DNA of 35,141 bases from Conidiobolus incongruus B7586 (lineage: Eukaryota). This document shows positions 12,080-26,072 of this stretch, piece by piece. The stretch's first letter is position 1. The number at the start of each line of letters is the position of its first letter. Under the pieces are notes generated by a model that was not told where the DNA came from, made no database searches, and saw only the letters and a program-made list of their open reading frames with translations. The translations under genes and the position numbers were made by a program. Where the stretch lies: NCBI GenBank assembly GCA_000697335.1, contig JNEM01010881.1, forward strand, positions 1 through 35,141, given 5' to 3'.

Positions 12080-13877
12080 GTAAAAATTTGGAATAAGATT
12101 TCATCATTGGATATTAAGCTATGATAACTAGCAAGTATCAGAATAAAGTTGTGAAGTCGCTAATAATATCTGATACCACAGCTTGCTCAACTAAGCGTAA
12201 GTTCTTTACCCCTCGAACTTGGAAGTCTTTGTCTAGAACGGTCATAGGACCATCTTTCTTGTCAATTTTCAATCTGCAACCTAGGTATTTAGAGAAATTA
12301 TTATCTACATTGACATCATCTAAATCTTGATCAAACTGAATTTGTGAACTTTGAAAAACCTGTTTAGAGATACTCTTATAAATTTCCAAGTCTTCGTGAG
12401 CTTTCTAGAAGACAAGTAACACTATTCTAATATATTTTTCAGCTTCATCACTTTCTTAATAACGGAAATTGATGTATGGAACATCTCTTGGGTCATTAGA
12501 TTTCAAGGTGGCAGTTCCGTTTTTAAGACCGCTGTAAGGATTCAATAAGACATTGAAATAGGCTTATGTGCATCTGCAGAAATTCTTGTCGTCATTTCTG
12601 AGCATACAGTAAATCTTGATAGGACACCATAAAACTCAATATTGGTGTATTTCAAATTAGATTTTGATTTTAAAGTGACAGCATGAAGCGGTCCACCATG
12701 TGCATAGGCACCAGTTCCGTTTTTGTATTGTTGCCAACAGATATCATTGTCAGCTGTAGTATAGAAACAGTTTTCTAAAACGGCCCAATCAGAATTTAAT
12801 TCATATGTCAATGCAACTTCTATATGATCTCGGAGATTCTTTCCAACTTCAGGAAGATGGACTTGAGGTTGAATTCCCATTGCTTGTAATTCTTTGGAGT
12901 CACCAATACCACTCAACATCATAATTTGTGGGGTATTGAATGCACCAGCACTGACTACAACCTCTTTACGAGCATATACCTTCTTAATAGTTGGAGATGG
13001 TTTATTTTCGCGTTTTGCAATGGCACTAGCACGATATAAATGCTGTCCACTCATATATTCGACACCCTTAGCAGCTCAATTTTCCAAGATGACTTTAGTA
13101 ACTAATGAATCGGTCCAAACAGTGAGTTTGGAGTTCTTACTTGCCTCAGCTTTTATATGTTTTCTAACGTCTCGTCTAACAGTGGGCTTTTCATTGAAAT
13201 CGATATTTGTTGTATTATAATATGGATCAGTTTCATTATTGTCTAAGATTCTCACTGCTACCTAATTATTCTTGGTAATTTTTCTTTTATCTTTATCTAT
13301 AACTATTATAATTACTTCTGTAACATATTTGTCTTTCTTATCCTCTTTATCTAAGCCAAAAATTTATTGGTAGTCAAAGATAAAAATTGTCTATTCATTG
13401 CAAGATATTAGGTACTTTTCCTTCAAATTTGGTTGATTCAAAATAGTTTCTAAAAGTTGCTTGGTGCTAACTTGGATGGCCAGTTATATTGATCAGTCCC
13501 TGAAAATCACGAGTTTTTGGATACACATATACCATACCATTTTGATTAGTACATCCACTGAGAGCAGAAGCTCTTGGGCACAGAATGTTCTGCCTCTTAT
13601 TCCTAGATCGATGGAAGTAATCCACCTAGAAGTCCCAAGCAATGGATTCATCATCACAATTTCTAATAAATAACACGAGAGTGGTAGTATTCATATTGAG
13701 CGAATTTGATCCCGCTTCTATTAGCAATGTAGAAAATCCATGTTTAGCCAATTCGGTTGCTACCATAGAACCTTCAAGTCCAAATCCGATTACAACATAA
13801 TTCATTATTTCATCCTCATATTTTTCCAAGCCAATAACGAGAGTTAAATAAAATGTAAAAATTGCCTGTTAAGTATA
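12080..13877 (-). pseudogene. Secreted-type GMC oxidoreductase pseudogene, copy 2
   Basis: Fragmented ORFs 13626-13829 (YVVIGFGLEGSMVATELAKHGFSTLLIEAG, GxGxxG-like), 12542-13054 ([35 protein letters not shown]) and 12138-12389 (VLDKDFQVRGVKNLRLV). An upstream hydrophobic stretch AIFTFYLTLVIG resembles a signal peptide. Broken by frameshifts and stops. Confidence 0.92.
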
Positions 13878-16607
13878 GTTTAATAATCCCAGAAAATAGC
13901 CATATGGTATCTTTATGATACAGAATATTATCCAATATTAATTACTACAAACATAAAAAGTTGTCTCAAATTCTAACACTTAGATCAAAATTTTAGATGT
14001 CCTATATATCCATCAACCTACTTTAATTTCATATATAGCAGTCAACATCAATTATTCAATCTGCGGCATTATAGATTCGATTTAGTCAAACTTATTCAAA
14101 ATCCATTTTAGATTGACAAATAAATGAATATTTGTTAGAATCTATAAATCCATTTATAATCAAATCAATTATTAATTCATTTAATAATAGTGTGATATTG
14201 ATCAATTGAATTTGTGTTATACAAATTTCCTAAATTGATTTAAATATTATTTAGATTGACAAAATATATACTCAATAGAGAACACTATTTTATTTAGCAT
14301 AATTTATTTTTTAAAACATACCATATCAATTCATATAATTCATATTCAATTATGAAAACTTTGAAAAATCGATTAATCAAAAGAATATTATTTGAGGCTC
14401 TGTTGAATCAAAAGTTTTATAATGTGAAATGCATCACTTTTGAGTGTATGTCAAACTGATAGATATCAATATTATATATCAGCTAACTTCACAGTTCTTA
14501 AACTATACTATCGCTTTTTGTTATATTAATTTTTCTTGAAATTACCTAAATAATTTAATTTTATAAAATCTAAAGATGTCTATAGTTATCTGTATTTATT
14601 TCAATTCTTCGAGAATTTATTATATTTTAGATAGCTGTAATTCAATATTAAACTACAAGAGATTTTAACACTTTAATTATTATTTATCAATTATATTCTG
14701 CACTAATAAATAAATTTGAATAATGCATCCTATTTAACATTACACTATAATTGCTGATAAGTTAAATATATGTATAATTGTATTTTGCCTGACAATATAT
14801 ATTTATATAATTCATAGCTAAGTATTTTCATTTTTACAGTTTAAATCAGTTTGATTTTGCTGTATTAATATTCATATTCTCAGATAGTCAGATTTAAAAA
14901 GCTTGAGTGATTTTTATAACAATAGTATTTGCCAATATCATTGATAAGAATCTCATTATCAATCTATTGATTTTTATTAATTGTATATTTCCTCAAGCGA
15001 TAGAATGAAATTACTATTTTAGTTTATTTTATATGATAACAAGTCATTGAATTTCTTAATTTCTTTGATTAAGGCTGATTTTGAATTGGATTAACAAATA
15101 ACCTTTTGAATAAAAAACTGTAAAATTTAATCCTTAATTCAATTTTATTTATAGTTATATATTATTATAATATTAATTCGAAAAAAATCTATGAATTGGA
15201 GAGTTATTTGTTATTTTAATTTTAGATTTATATGGGTTATATTCGATTGTAAATTGACACCTAAATTGTCAATATCAATATATATTGAATTCCAAATAGC
15301 CATATGATTATTTTTGATATTTAAATCATTATTGAAAATAAAAATTTTTATTTGTATTCATCAATATAATTTATATTTGAATTGATAGAATGATATATAT
15401 TCAAAATGATAAAATTTGGAAAAAATATGATGAATAAAATTAAAATTATATTCAAATATAAATAATCAGATAAGGGTATTACCATTTTTGAACTCAATGT
15501 ATAATGCTAATAAGTTGAATATTTTTTAAGGATATATCATTTTGATATTAGGATTCTAATCCATTCAAGCATAGTATTAAATAAACCTAATTTTTTATTT
15601 ATCAATTTTATTACTATATAAAAATATATTTATAATTACTAAAATTATTAATGATATGTATATTATCAAATAAGATTTTTTTACTGAGCGGAGTTAAAAC
15701 TTTTTAAATGAAAGTTAATATACTTCATAGAATTACTGATATGATAAAATAATATTTATAGATATGTCAGTTTGAACAATTTTCAATTATCAAAATTTCA
15801 AGTGAATTAACATATGATTTAATTCCCATATAATATCAGCCATTTAATATTGCGTATATTGAGAGTATTCAACCATACTAAAAAATGGATGAAAAATTTA
15901 AAACCTATTAAATGGATTATACTGTAGTAGATTTCTAATACCAATTGAAATTAAATATACTAATGGAGTATTTAGACATCAACTTATAAAAGAATACTGA
16001 TTTAAATTAATTACAATGTTGAGAATAATATATTAAAATAAAGTGATCAATTACACTAAATGAAATTTCATTGATAATGATTTTAAAACATTATATTAAT
16101 TTTAGATTTATTATATTCGTGATAAGATATATAAATTTAATCGTCAAAAACACTTCATTTATTTTTTTGATAATGGCAATTTTTATTAACACTAAAATGA
16201 TTTGCCCAAACTTGGGGATTTTATTTAATAGAATGATGTCTGTGTTATTAAAAATTTATACTATAACATTTATATTATTTAAAAAGTAATTAAAGCAATG
16301 ATTTGTTATTTTGTAATTATTTTTTAATGAATGATAAATGATTTCAAATTTTTGAAACTTGATGCATATTAATAATTTCTTAATTTATTCAAAATTTATT
16401 TTTATAAGATATAATTACAAACAACTTAACTCTAATAAAAGTAGTAGCCAATTAAATTTAAGTAAATCCAAATAATTGGCTAATTTTGAAAGTTTAAAAT
16501 CATAAAATACATTCAAAGTTATTTCAATTTAAAACTCTCTAAGTATAAATTAACTAGTAGGTTCTATATAGATTTATATGAAATATTTAAAATGATAAAT
16601 TTAAGCA

Positions 16608-17558
16608 ATGGAATTGCTTGAAGACGATTTGCAATTAATTAATTATATTTTTAATTCCATTATTTTGTTATTTGCCTTACTAATTCTTATATTCAATGCG
16701 ATATTAATATATATACTGATCAAAAAGTGTGATTTTAATAATACAGAAATAAAGTTAATTTGTATTTTTGGAGTGATTGAATTATTGGTAGGTACTGAAT
16801 TACTGGTAATGTCAGTTGCAAAACTAATTTATGGGTACCATTGGTTCGATGCAGATAAAATACAATGCCGATTTTATGCATTCGCACAACAGTGGCTCAA
16901 TCGTGTCGAAATTGCAACTGTGCTTGTGCTCGCGTTTTTGAGATATTTAATCGTGTGCCATAGAATTGAAAAGAGTTTGGTCTTTTGGATTTGTATGATA
17001 ATAGTTTGTATAATCCCTTGCACTGTAGTATTCACGTATGGCGCAATAATAAAAGATGCAAACCCCAGTGTTTCGTACTTACAGTGTAATACATTCACTA
17101 ATCCTGGAAATCTAAGTTATACCATGACTATCATAATCCCATTTCTATACATTATCCCTTGCTGGATTATCACTATGTGCTACTTTGCTATTGGAAATAA
17201 TGCCAATAACCACCTCAACAAGATGAAGGAAGAAGCAAAAATTAATGGAGACGAAAATTTATTAAAAATCATTAGACAACAGAAGATTAAATTGGTCATC
17301 CAGTTAACTCTTGTGTTCATAATTTATAATGTAAACTTTATGCTCTCATATGTTACTTTCATAATGAAATTTGCTTTTGGTTATAAAAGGACACCTATCG
17401 TTGATGCTCTGGTGCTTATTTCGATATATAGCACCTTTGGGATTAATTCGGTTATTACTATCATGTTTCAACCAGATGTGAATAATGAATTTTTAATCCT
17501 TATGGTAAGGTATCAGGCTAAATTTAAATCTTTTATTAGAAATTTTTATAGACGATAA
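16608..17558 (+). CDS. Seven-transmembrane class-A (rhodopsin-like) G-protein-coupled receptor-like protein, 316 aa, intronless
   Basis: Intact ATG-to-TAA ORF with about seven hydrophobic segments. It has Asn in TM1 (IFNAIL), Cys at the top of TM3 (IQCRF) and in ECL2 (SYLQC), a DRY-position LAFLRYLIVC, TM5 IPCWIITMCY and TM7 INSVITIMFQP. Confidence 0.85.
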   Translation: MELLEDDLQLINYIFNSIILLFALLILIFNAILIYILIKKCDFNNTEIKLICIFGVIELLVGTELLVMSVAKLIYGYHWFDADKIQCRFYAFAQQWLNRVEIATVLVLAFLRYLIVCHRIEKSLVFWICMIIVCIIPCTVVFTYGAIIKDANPSVSYLQCNTFTNPGNLSYTMTIIIPFLYIIPCWIITMCYFAIGNNANNHLNKMKEEAKINGDENLLKIIRQQKIKLVIQLTLVFIIYNVNFMLSYVTFIMKFAFGYKRTPIVDALVLISIYSTFGINSVITIMFQPDVNNEFLILMVRYQAKFKSFIRNFYRR

Positions 17559-17801
17559 ATAATAAATATTTTGGTATTGGCAATTGGCAAAATCAATCTA
17601 TTAGAATTTAAAAATATGCGATTTAGTATACATCATATTTATATTTATCCTTACTAGATAACTATTTTTTAATATTTTTGCCATATTGTTAATTTTTAAT
17701 AATTATTAAATAGATTTATTTGTCATTCTATCAATAGAATGCCAGTATTTTCAGTTCTAATATCTATTAATTAAATTTCAATAATAAAAAATTAGATTTC
17801 T

Positions 17802-17845
17802 AATTTAAAATCAAATTCAATTTTATTGAATTTGATTTTTAAATT
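17802..17845. repeat. Near-perfect inverted repeat (hairpin)
   Basis: AATTTAAAATCAAATTCAA-tttta-TTGAATTTGATTTTTAAATT, a ~19-bp stem with one extra base. Confidence 0.75.
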
Positions 17846-18640
17846 GTGATAATAGAATATTAATTTATACAACTACATACACTATAATATAAGATTGATT
17901 ATGAATCAAAAAAATAAATTTAATTGAAATAAAAAACAACATCCAATGGCTTATTATATTGGATAAAATAACATTTCTTACTGGTATAAAATAAAAGTAT
18001 ATGAAATCAAATTATAGGGCTTTTTTGCAATAGAATAAGAAAGTTTGGATTGAGAAGCATTATATTAATAAATATTTCAGTAAATCTTTGCAATATTAAA
18101 TCACTCAAATTTTCCTTTTTTTATTATATAGTATTACTATTAAAATTATTCTTAATGAGCATAAAATTAGTTAATTAATATTTTTTAATAAGTATGAAAA
18201 AATACTTGGTATATAATTTATTATTATTGTCATGGTATGATGAATAATAATGAAAAAAAGATTGATATTAAGAATCAATAGTATATTTTATCAATTAAAA
18301 TAAAAATAACCCAATAAAAATATATTAAATATAATATTTTTCAAATTTATAATTCAATTGAAAAAGTATATATTGAATTTTAATTAAAAATGTCTCTCCA
18401 AAAACATAAATTAATTTATTTAAAATTATAAATTAAGAATTTTATAAAGTCCATATATTATATTGCTATTTGAGAAAATATGATTGAAAATGCATAAATC
18501 TTGATTTAAATCATAGGTAAAATTTGACTTAATTTTTAGTGGTAGTTGAATTTCCTTTCTCAAATTAGTTAAAAATTGTTTTGCAAAATCCAATCTATCA
18601 TTATAATAAATGAAATTTTATAATTTAATAAAATTTGAAA

Positions 18641-19380
18641 ATGCTTTTGGAATAAGAAATGAAACCTATTTAAATTATTTTTATAGAGTTTCCTGATATA
18701 TTTGAAACTTTAAGATCATGTCAATAAATCCAGCCTTAAAATATCACTCGTTGTTGCTGAATTATCTAGGTTATAATTAGAAACAATCCGTGATTTGAGT
18801 TTTTATGCTAATAAATGAAAAGTATTCCTTAATGAGTTTTCAATGGGCCAAGTTCCAGTATTTGAAGTTTCTGAGAACTTTAATTTAACCAAGAGTGCTG
18901 ACATTGTATTCTAATATAAAAACATAGATTTATTTCGATACCTTTAATTCACAAGAAAGTAGTTGCATTATCTAATAAGAATATACTTTTACTTGGACTA
19001 GATCCAAATGAGTTTTCCAAAATTTAGTGATTGATGTTTTAGGTAAATCACCCCCATAAAAACCCTAATTGATATTTTTTTACCTATATTCAGAGGTGAA
19101 TTGATCAGCGAATATAGAACAAAGAGCCTAGGTGCTACCTACATCGTAACTAGGGCTATTTAAATCAATATATAGATCATTGTACCTACCATGTTAGCGA
19201 TGACCTCTCTTTTTCTGACATCAACCTCTTTTGTAACTTTATATTTCTATTTTCTCATTTTATGCCTAATGATCTTTAGACAAAATTTTGACATTTGGCT
19301 AGTTGGTTTGAAGATTTGAAGCTTCCAATAATGTATTCTTTAAGTGTCACTCAATCCTTTAAGGACACATTTCAGTTATT
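18641..19380 (+). pseudogene. GST (EF1B-gamma-like) pseudogene 1
   Basis: Homologous to 26073-26813: exon-1 remnant ATGCTTTTGGA-ATAAG (18641), SLVVAELS, GQVPVFEVSENFNLTKSADI (~18846-18905) and LSFSDINLFCN (~19205). Multiple stops and indels. Confidence 0.8.
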
Positions 19381-22300
19381 TTTTTATTACTACAAGTGAC
19401 TTAATTCATTGTAATTAAAAAGATATCCATCTGAAATTCAATTGTTTATATGCTATAATTTACAAAAGAATTATTGTATTCAAAGCACCCTGCTTTGATT
19501 AGGACTGTAAAAGGTGATTGAACGGTCCTCTATATTCCTCTAAACATTTTAATATTTATGATCCACTCCACTCACATTATAAATTTAATTCCAATAACAA
19601 TTTTTAAATTCAACATACCTCAAATACGGTATATTTTACAAACACATTCTAATTCACTGAAATCAGTTTCAGAATTCGCTATTATTAGCTAGACAGAATA
19701 CAAGTATATTTTTCGATGATAATTTTATTTCATTATTTTCTATTTTTATATTAATAATATTTTCAATATAATATCATACTAAACTAAAACTTTTAATTAA
19801 TTTTTAATTAGTATTGTTCCATTTATGTATATAATTTTATTCACTCCTTATTTTAGAATTATTATTTCAAAGAATTAAACTTTCCTTTGTATTTTACGTA
19901 ACAATAATTTTTTTGAAAACAAATTTAAAATAAAATTTTTTTATTATATAATTTAGAAAAATAGATACTTATATAAATTTAATACTCTCCATAATTAAAA
20001 ATAATTTTTGATATATTTTTAGCAAACTTCTAATACCTAATCTATAGTTCTCTTTATCAAAGACTGAAATTTGATGTTTCACAGGTTAATTAAATTTTGT
20101 AAAAATCTTTATTCTTATAACCATATTTTTATCTGTTTTGAGGAATTAAAATTATGTGTGTTTCAATCCATTGAATCTATTTAATATATTAGCTTTTTTC
20201 AATTATTTTTTATTAGAGAGTATTATTATTACTTTAGTGATATATATTTTATAATTATTAATGAAAATAATAAGTATATTTAAATTAAATTAAAAACATA
20301 AATTTAAAGTAATTGTATTAATTGTAATTCTTTTAAAAATAAGAAAATAGTACAATATAAGATAATAATTATTTAGAATGAATACTATTTGCTTAAAAGG
20401 TTTTTTTAAGAGAGCCTTATATAAATATTATATTTATGAAATTATGCTCTTCTATTTAGAATTCATAGCCTAACAAATATGGTTGTCACTATTGTTCCTA
20501 ATCTATCTTTTCAGTAGGTTTTGGTGACAGGTCATTGTAATTGTAAGATGATGCATTGGGAATCTTAGTTAAGACTCCTGTTAATTGGTTAAAACTTCCC
20601 ATTTGATATTAGCAAAAAATACAAAAATATTTATTTTATAGTAATATTAATTTAAATATAAATTAATTAATCAGATAAAATATAGATAAGTTCTATTAAC
20701 GTCTCTTTATATTCTTTTATTATCAATTATTCAGTATATTTAAATAAATGTGTAAAATAAAAATTTTCAACCTTAATAACAAAGGAAATATCATAAAATA
20801 TATTATTTAATAAGTATAATACTATAAAATATTAACTTTTTATTATTATGATAATTTTCAAATTATTTTGTAGTGATAAATATTCAAAATTAACCATTCA
20901 CTTTGTTATTTAATTCGGGAAAAAAATTGTTTTATAAATATCCTGTTATGATAGTCATACTAATTGTTCATATTTGGAAGGATATTATTTTATATTATAT
21001 AATCTCATAAGTAGATTAGCCTTATAATATTAATTTATAAGTAATATTGTAAAAATTATTACTATTTCTATTTAAATACTACTATGTATAATAAATAAAA
21101 TCGAGAATATTAATTTAATATAATATGATATACTTGTATGACATCATTTAAGGTCTCTAATTTCATAGCTTAAATATAACTCTAAGATAATTTTTATTAA
21201 ATAAAAATAATTTGGAAAAAAAATTGCAGAAATTTGTTATAAAGTTTTACTTTGATTCTGTAACATAAAAATTATTTGTTAATCTCAAAATAAAGTAAAT
21301 TACTATTTTCTATATAGTAAACACATAATTTGAGAAACTATTTAAAATAATTAGAATGAGCAATTATGCATTATTCTAATGTTATTGTTAAGTGTTAAGT
21401 TTTTTAAACCATAATTGAATTCTCAATTAATTTTAAAAAAAATTCTTTCAACGACCAGATTCATTTATATTGTATTTATTTGCTAATAATAGCAACTATA
21501 AGAATGATATTTTAAAAAATTAGAATATTTCATTAACAAAATTTGAATATAAAACTATTTTAGTAATTACCCTATTTTATTTTAATTTTTTATTTTAATA
21601 TTGAATAGCTAAATATAGTAAATTTAATTTAGAACATCTTTACTATAAAATAGAGAAATGTCATTTAATATAACTATCTAAAATATATTACTTCATTGTA
21701 TTTAATCTAAATATTTTTATTATATTTTATGATATATATCCACATTATTAATATTGTATTATGTCTAAGGTTGTGGTATAAACATCAATCAAACTTTATC
21801 CAATATTTTAGCACAATTGAGTTATTTTAATAATTTTAATTGGTGATTAGTATCCTAATCAAAAGGTTTATTATATGATAATGTTAGATTAGAAAAATAA
21901 ATTGCTTTTAATGATGCTGTACATTATATTCACATTTATTACTTGTATTAAAATCAAATTATTAAACATTTATTTTGAAAATTGCGCTTTAAATAGTTTG
22001 CATTAATGATTATAATTGATAATTTGGTTTAAGTTATGAAAATACACAGTTTAAAACGCCAAATAAACTGGGTACTAATAAAAAGTTGGTGTAATCTTAT
22101 TAAATACTTAAGATATAAATCATAATACGAGATATATATACTCTAGTTTAATATTTTCAGAATAACCAAAATAGTTAATTTTGCATATCATAAAAAATAT
22201 CAAAATTTCATTAAATTTAAAATTTGAAAGAAAATTACTTGAATTAAAATAGATCTGAGGTAGTAAATTATCTAATTACAAATCCATTTTTAATAATCAG

Positions 22301-22540
22301 GAAAATTGGGGAACAATAATTGATTACTAATATCTTAGGATTAAATTCAAATGCCATAATTACTCTGAAAACTCAGAAATTTAGCCGATTTACTAAATAT
22401 TTCTATCAGTTTGTATAATGGCATCAATATACATTCCTTGATATTTGTAATAGAGATATGTTTTAATGCTAAAATATTTGTTCAAACACTAGTAATAATA
22501 TTTAGTAATCAGGATAATAATTTGATAAGCTAACAAAGTT

Positions 22541-23288
22541 ATGTTTTGATTAATATCTTTTGGAATAAATTTAAAAACGTCAATTTAATAATCATATAAT
22601 TAATTTCTTAATTAGAAACTTTATAATCCTGTTTCAAACCCTTAGGATCAAAAATCACTTTTTATTGCAAAATTGAGTGGGGTTGAATTATGGACCACTC
22701 CAGATTTCAAATTTGTTCTTTTAACCAAGGAAGAATATTTGAGAAAATTTTCAATAGATCAGAATCCTTATTTCGAAGGCAAAGATGGAAGAATCTCATC
22801 TGAAAGTGCGGCAATTGCATTCCTTAGTCGGTTTACTGATTTATTAATCACATATTTTACTCAAGTTTAGTTATTAGTCGCTTAATCCAAAGAGAATACC
22901 ACCCTTCTTGAACGTGATTTAAATGAACTTTCCAAATTCTGGCAAGTTATACTTTGCACTGAGCCAGTTTGATGGAACCATTCATTGATCTTTTAAGTCC
23001 CAGATACACTGGTAAGCTTCTAAGTGTGGATGGTGAAAAAAGCTTGTATGATTATATTCATCCTGATTTTGTGTACTTGAATAATTACATTGGCAAGCTT
23101 ACTTATTTTGTTGGAGTCGACTCTCCCTTGCTGATATTAATCTCTCGTGCAACTTGATCCTGCATTTTTTCATATTATTATAGACGAGTTCAAGACCAAA
23201 TATTCCAATATGACTAAATATTCTGAGATTACTACAGATACCCGAACTTAAAATGATTATTGGACATGTTTCATTCAAAAGATGTATA
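22541..23288 (+). pseudogene. GST (EF1B-gamma-like) pseudogene 2
   Basis: After acceptor TTAG it reads KLYNPVSNP*DQKSLFIAKLSGVELWTTPDFK..SSESAAIAF. Intron-2 remnant at ~22830-22870, then LMEPFIDLLSPRY..YLNNYIGKLTYFVG. Premature stop at ~22643 and later frameshifts. Confidence 0.88.
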
Positions 23289-26072
23289 ATTAATCTATCT
23301 GATAATAAATATTATTGAGGGAGTATTTTAACTCCTTGTTCTAAGAACTTGTGATATTCTAGATAATCCACTTTATAAGCTACTGTTTGATGAGTTTGAA
23401 ATATTTAAACCATCTGACTTTCTAAATAAGCTAGGTCCTCTATTTTTATTAACTTTACTCTTTCTTTATCATTTACCTATCATTTTAGCTCTTTTACCTA
23501 ATACTTTCTATCCTTTTACAGGATTCCTCCTAATAAGGCAAGTTTAAACCCCAATATTATATTAAACAAAATCAATGGATCATTTTGATTATTTTCTGTA
23601 TATTTGTTAAAATATTTATTATAATTATAAATTTAAACATATTATGGTTTAGAAAAAAATATAACAAATTAATATTAATATATTAAGCCATGTGTTAGTT
23701 TGATTACAAAATTCCCTTTATTAAAACCCCAACCTTTAAAAATTCAATTAGGCAATATTTTTATTATTATATTTCAAGTTTTATTATATAGGTTTGGTTA
23801 ATTAGTTAGTTATTATTTTTTGGGTTTGATTTAAAATTAATGAATTTATTATTTTATTACTAGTAATGACTGAAAATAATTCATTTTAATTTATTATATA
23901 TTTTAATATTTAAGCTTAAAAATATGTTGCTGAGATTTATTTTAAAAAAAAGAAAGTTATAAATACTAATAAATTATATAGAATATACATAATCTTTTTT
24001 CAATAATATTTAAAAAAAATATTGCCAAACTTCAAAATTAACAATATGTTAACATATATATACTTATATTTAAGGGAATTTATCTAAATAATTTATCATT
24101 ATTTTGAATATATTATTAATATAAATACTATAAATTATTCTATTAATTTTTTAAAAGGTAAAAAATATTAATAATAGAAATTTCCTGCAATTATTAATAT
24201 TGAATTCAGTTAATATTTTGATAAATTCTTAATTAAATTATTTATTTTATTTACTTATTCTTATTTTTATATTGTTATATTATTTATTTAATAAAATTAT
24301 GGATTATTAAATTAAATTTAATTTTTTTATAATCTTATGAAAAATTCATCATTAAATGAGTCAATAATGATTATATATATTTTAACAAATTACTAAGGTT
24401 TGGATACTAATATCACTATATTATTTAGTTACATTTCCATAATTCAAATATTTAAGATTAATTTCAATTAATAGAGGATTTTAAATATAATTTGATTAAA
24501 AAATATTTTCTATTTTAAAGATAAAATTCATTTATATATAATGATAAATAGCAGAAAGAAATTAACCAATAATGGTTCAAAAAATTATTATTATAATATA
24601 TTCAATTTAATATAAGTTATTGAATTATATTTATAACTAGATCCTTTGTATTTGAATATTATATATAATGGCTTTATTTCATAATTTAAATTACTCAAAA
24701 GACTTTAAATATTATTACAAAATATCAATATTTATAATTAAAAGAGAAATTAAGATATAAAGGAAAATATATAATATTTGATATTTATAATAAAAGTTAA
24801 TATATTATAGTAAAGCTTTCTTTTTATTAAAGCTATAAATTAAAAATATTTATAGTTTTTTTTATTATAATATTATTGATAAAAAATTTACTTATATAAA
24901 AACTAAGATTTTTAATTATTAATTAAACATAATACCAATGAAAACATCATTGAATATAATGACTATTAATTATTATATTCTATTATATGGAATTATAACT
25001 TATTTTATCTAATTATTTTTATATTATTAGTTATTTAGAATATTAATAATTTCTATTATCTAGTGTTTTATTTAAAGTTTTCTAAGAATTATTATGAATA
25101 TTATATAAAAAACTTAAAGCTCTATTTAATTAAATATCATTGATTATATCTATATATAATTTAATTATTTATTTTGTTTGCTTATAAATATATGATTATT
25201 TAGATTAATTCTTAATTAATATAGCTAAGAAGTGATTATAATAAAATAATAACCTTGAAAATTTCTTACTTTGATAATTTAAATTAAATTTATTAAAATT
25301 TAAGAAATTATCTATTATTTGATTTTATACTATATTTTTAATAAATTAATAATATATCAAATAAAATCTAATTATATTAAAATTCTTAACTAAAATATTA
25401 CCAGAATATTTTCAATTTTTATTTATAATTTTTATTTCTGTAAAATTTTTTAATTTATAAAATATCAAATTATAATATCTAACTTTAAAAGAATAAATTG
25501 TATTATATGATATTTAAAAAATGAATATTTTTGATTATTAATCTACATAAATTATTATATGTCATTATTTATTTAAAACTATGAAAATTTCTTTGAACAT
25601 GGAATTTGAATTCAAATTATATTATTTGTCATAACCAGATTTGGAAATTAGAATTTGAATAAAACTTAAATTTAGTCATTATTAATTTAATTTGAGATTA
25701 ATTGGGATTTCAAATTTAAATCTTTAATTTTGTTATGTCTTAACTAAATATTACGAATATATCCTTGTTGACCTTATATTCAAAAAATGTATTAACCTTT
25801 AATATAGTTAAGTTTGATTTGATACTAAATCACAACTTTCAATATCAATATAAATATTCTTGATTACTAATATATGCTTTCTCATGTTTGTATTACAGCT
25901 TGAAATTTTGATAATTTTTTCATATTGAGTGGATTATGATCAATGATTTAGGAAATCCGAATTTGAATTTATAATAGGGGATAATTTTCGATGCGAGGTT
26001 GTGTATATAAATAAATTTGAATGACATAAATGAATAAATGAATAGATCTATAAAATTATTAAAATTAAAATC

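Noticed and set aside
12121..13673. Plus-strand ORFs 12121-12330, 12894-13220 and 13461-13673
   Set aside because: Antisense to the minus-strand GMC pseudogene, with no independent coding signal.
14107..14263. 14-bp direct repeat TTTAGATTGACAAA
   Set aside because: Only two short copies in AT-rich DNA, with no array structure and not CRISPR-like.
16071..17098. ORFs 16071-16289(+) and 16874-17098(-)
   Set aside because: The first is an I/F/K/N-rich AT artefact; the second is antisense to the GPCR.
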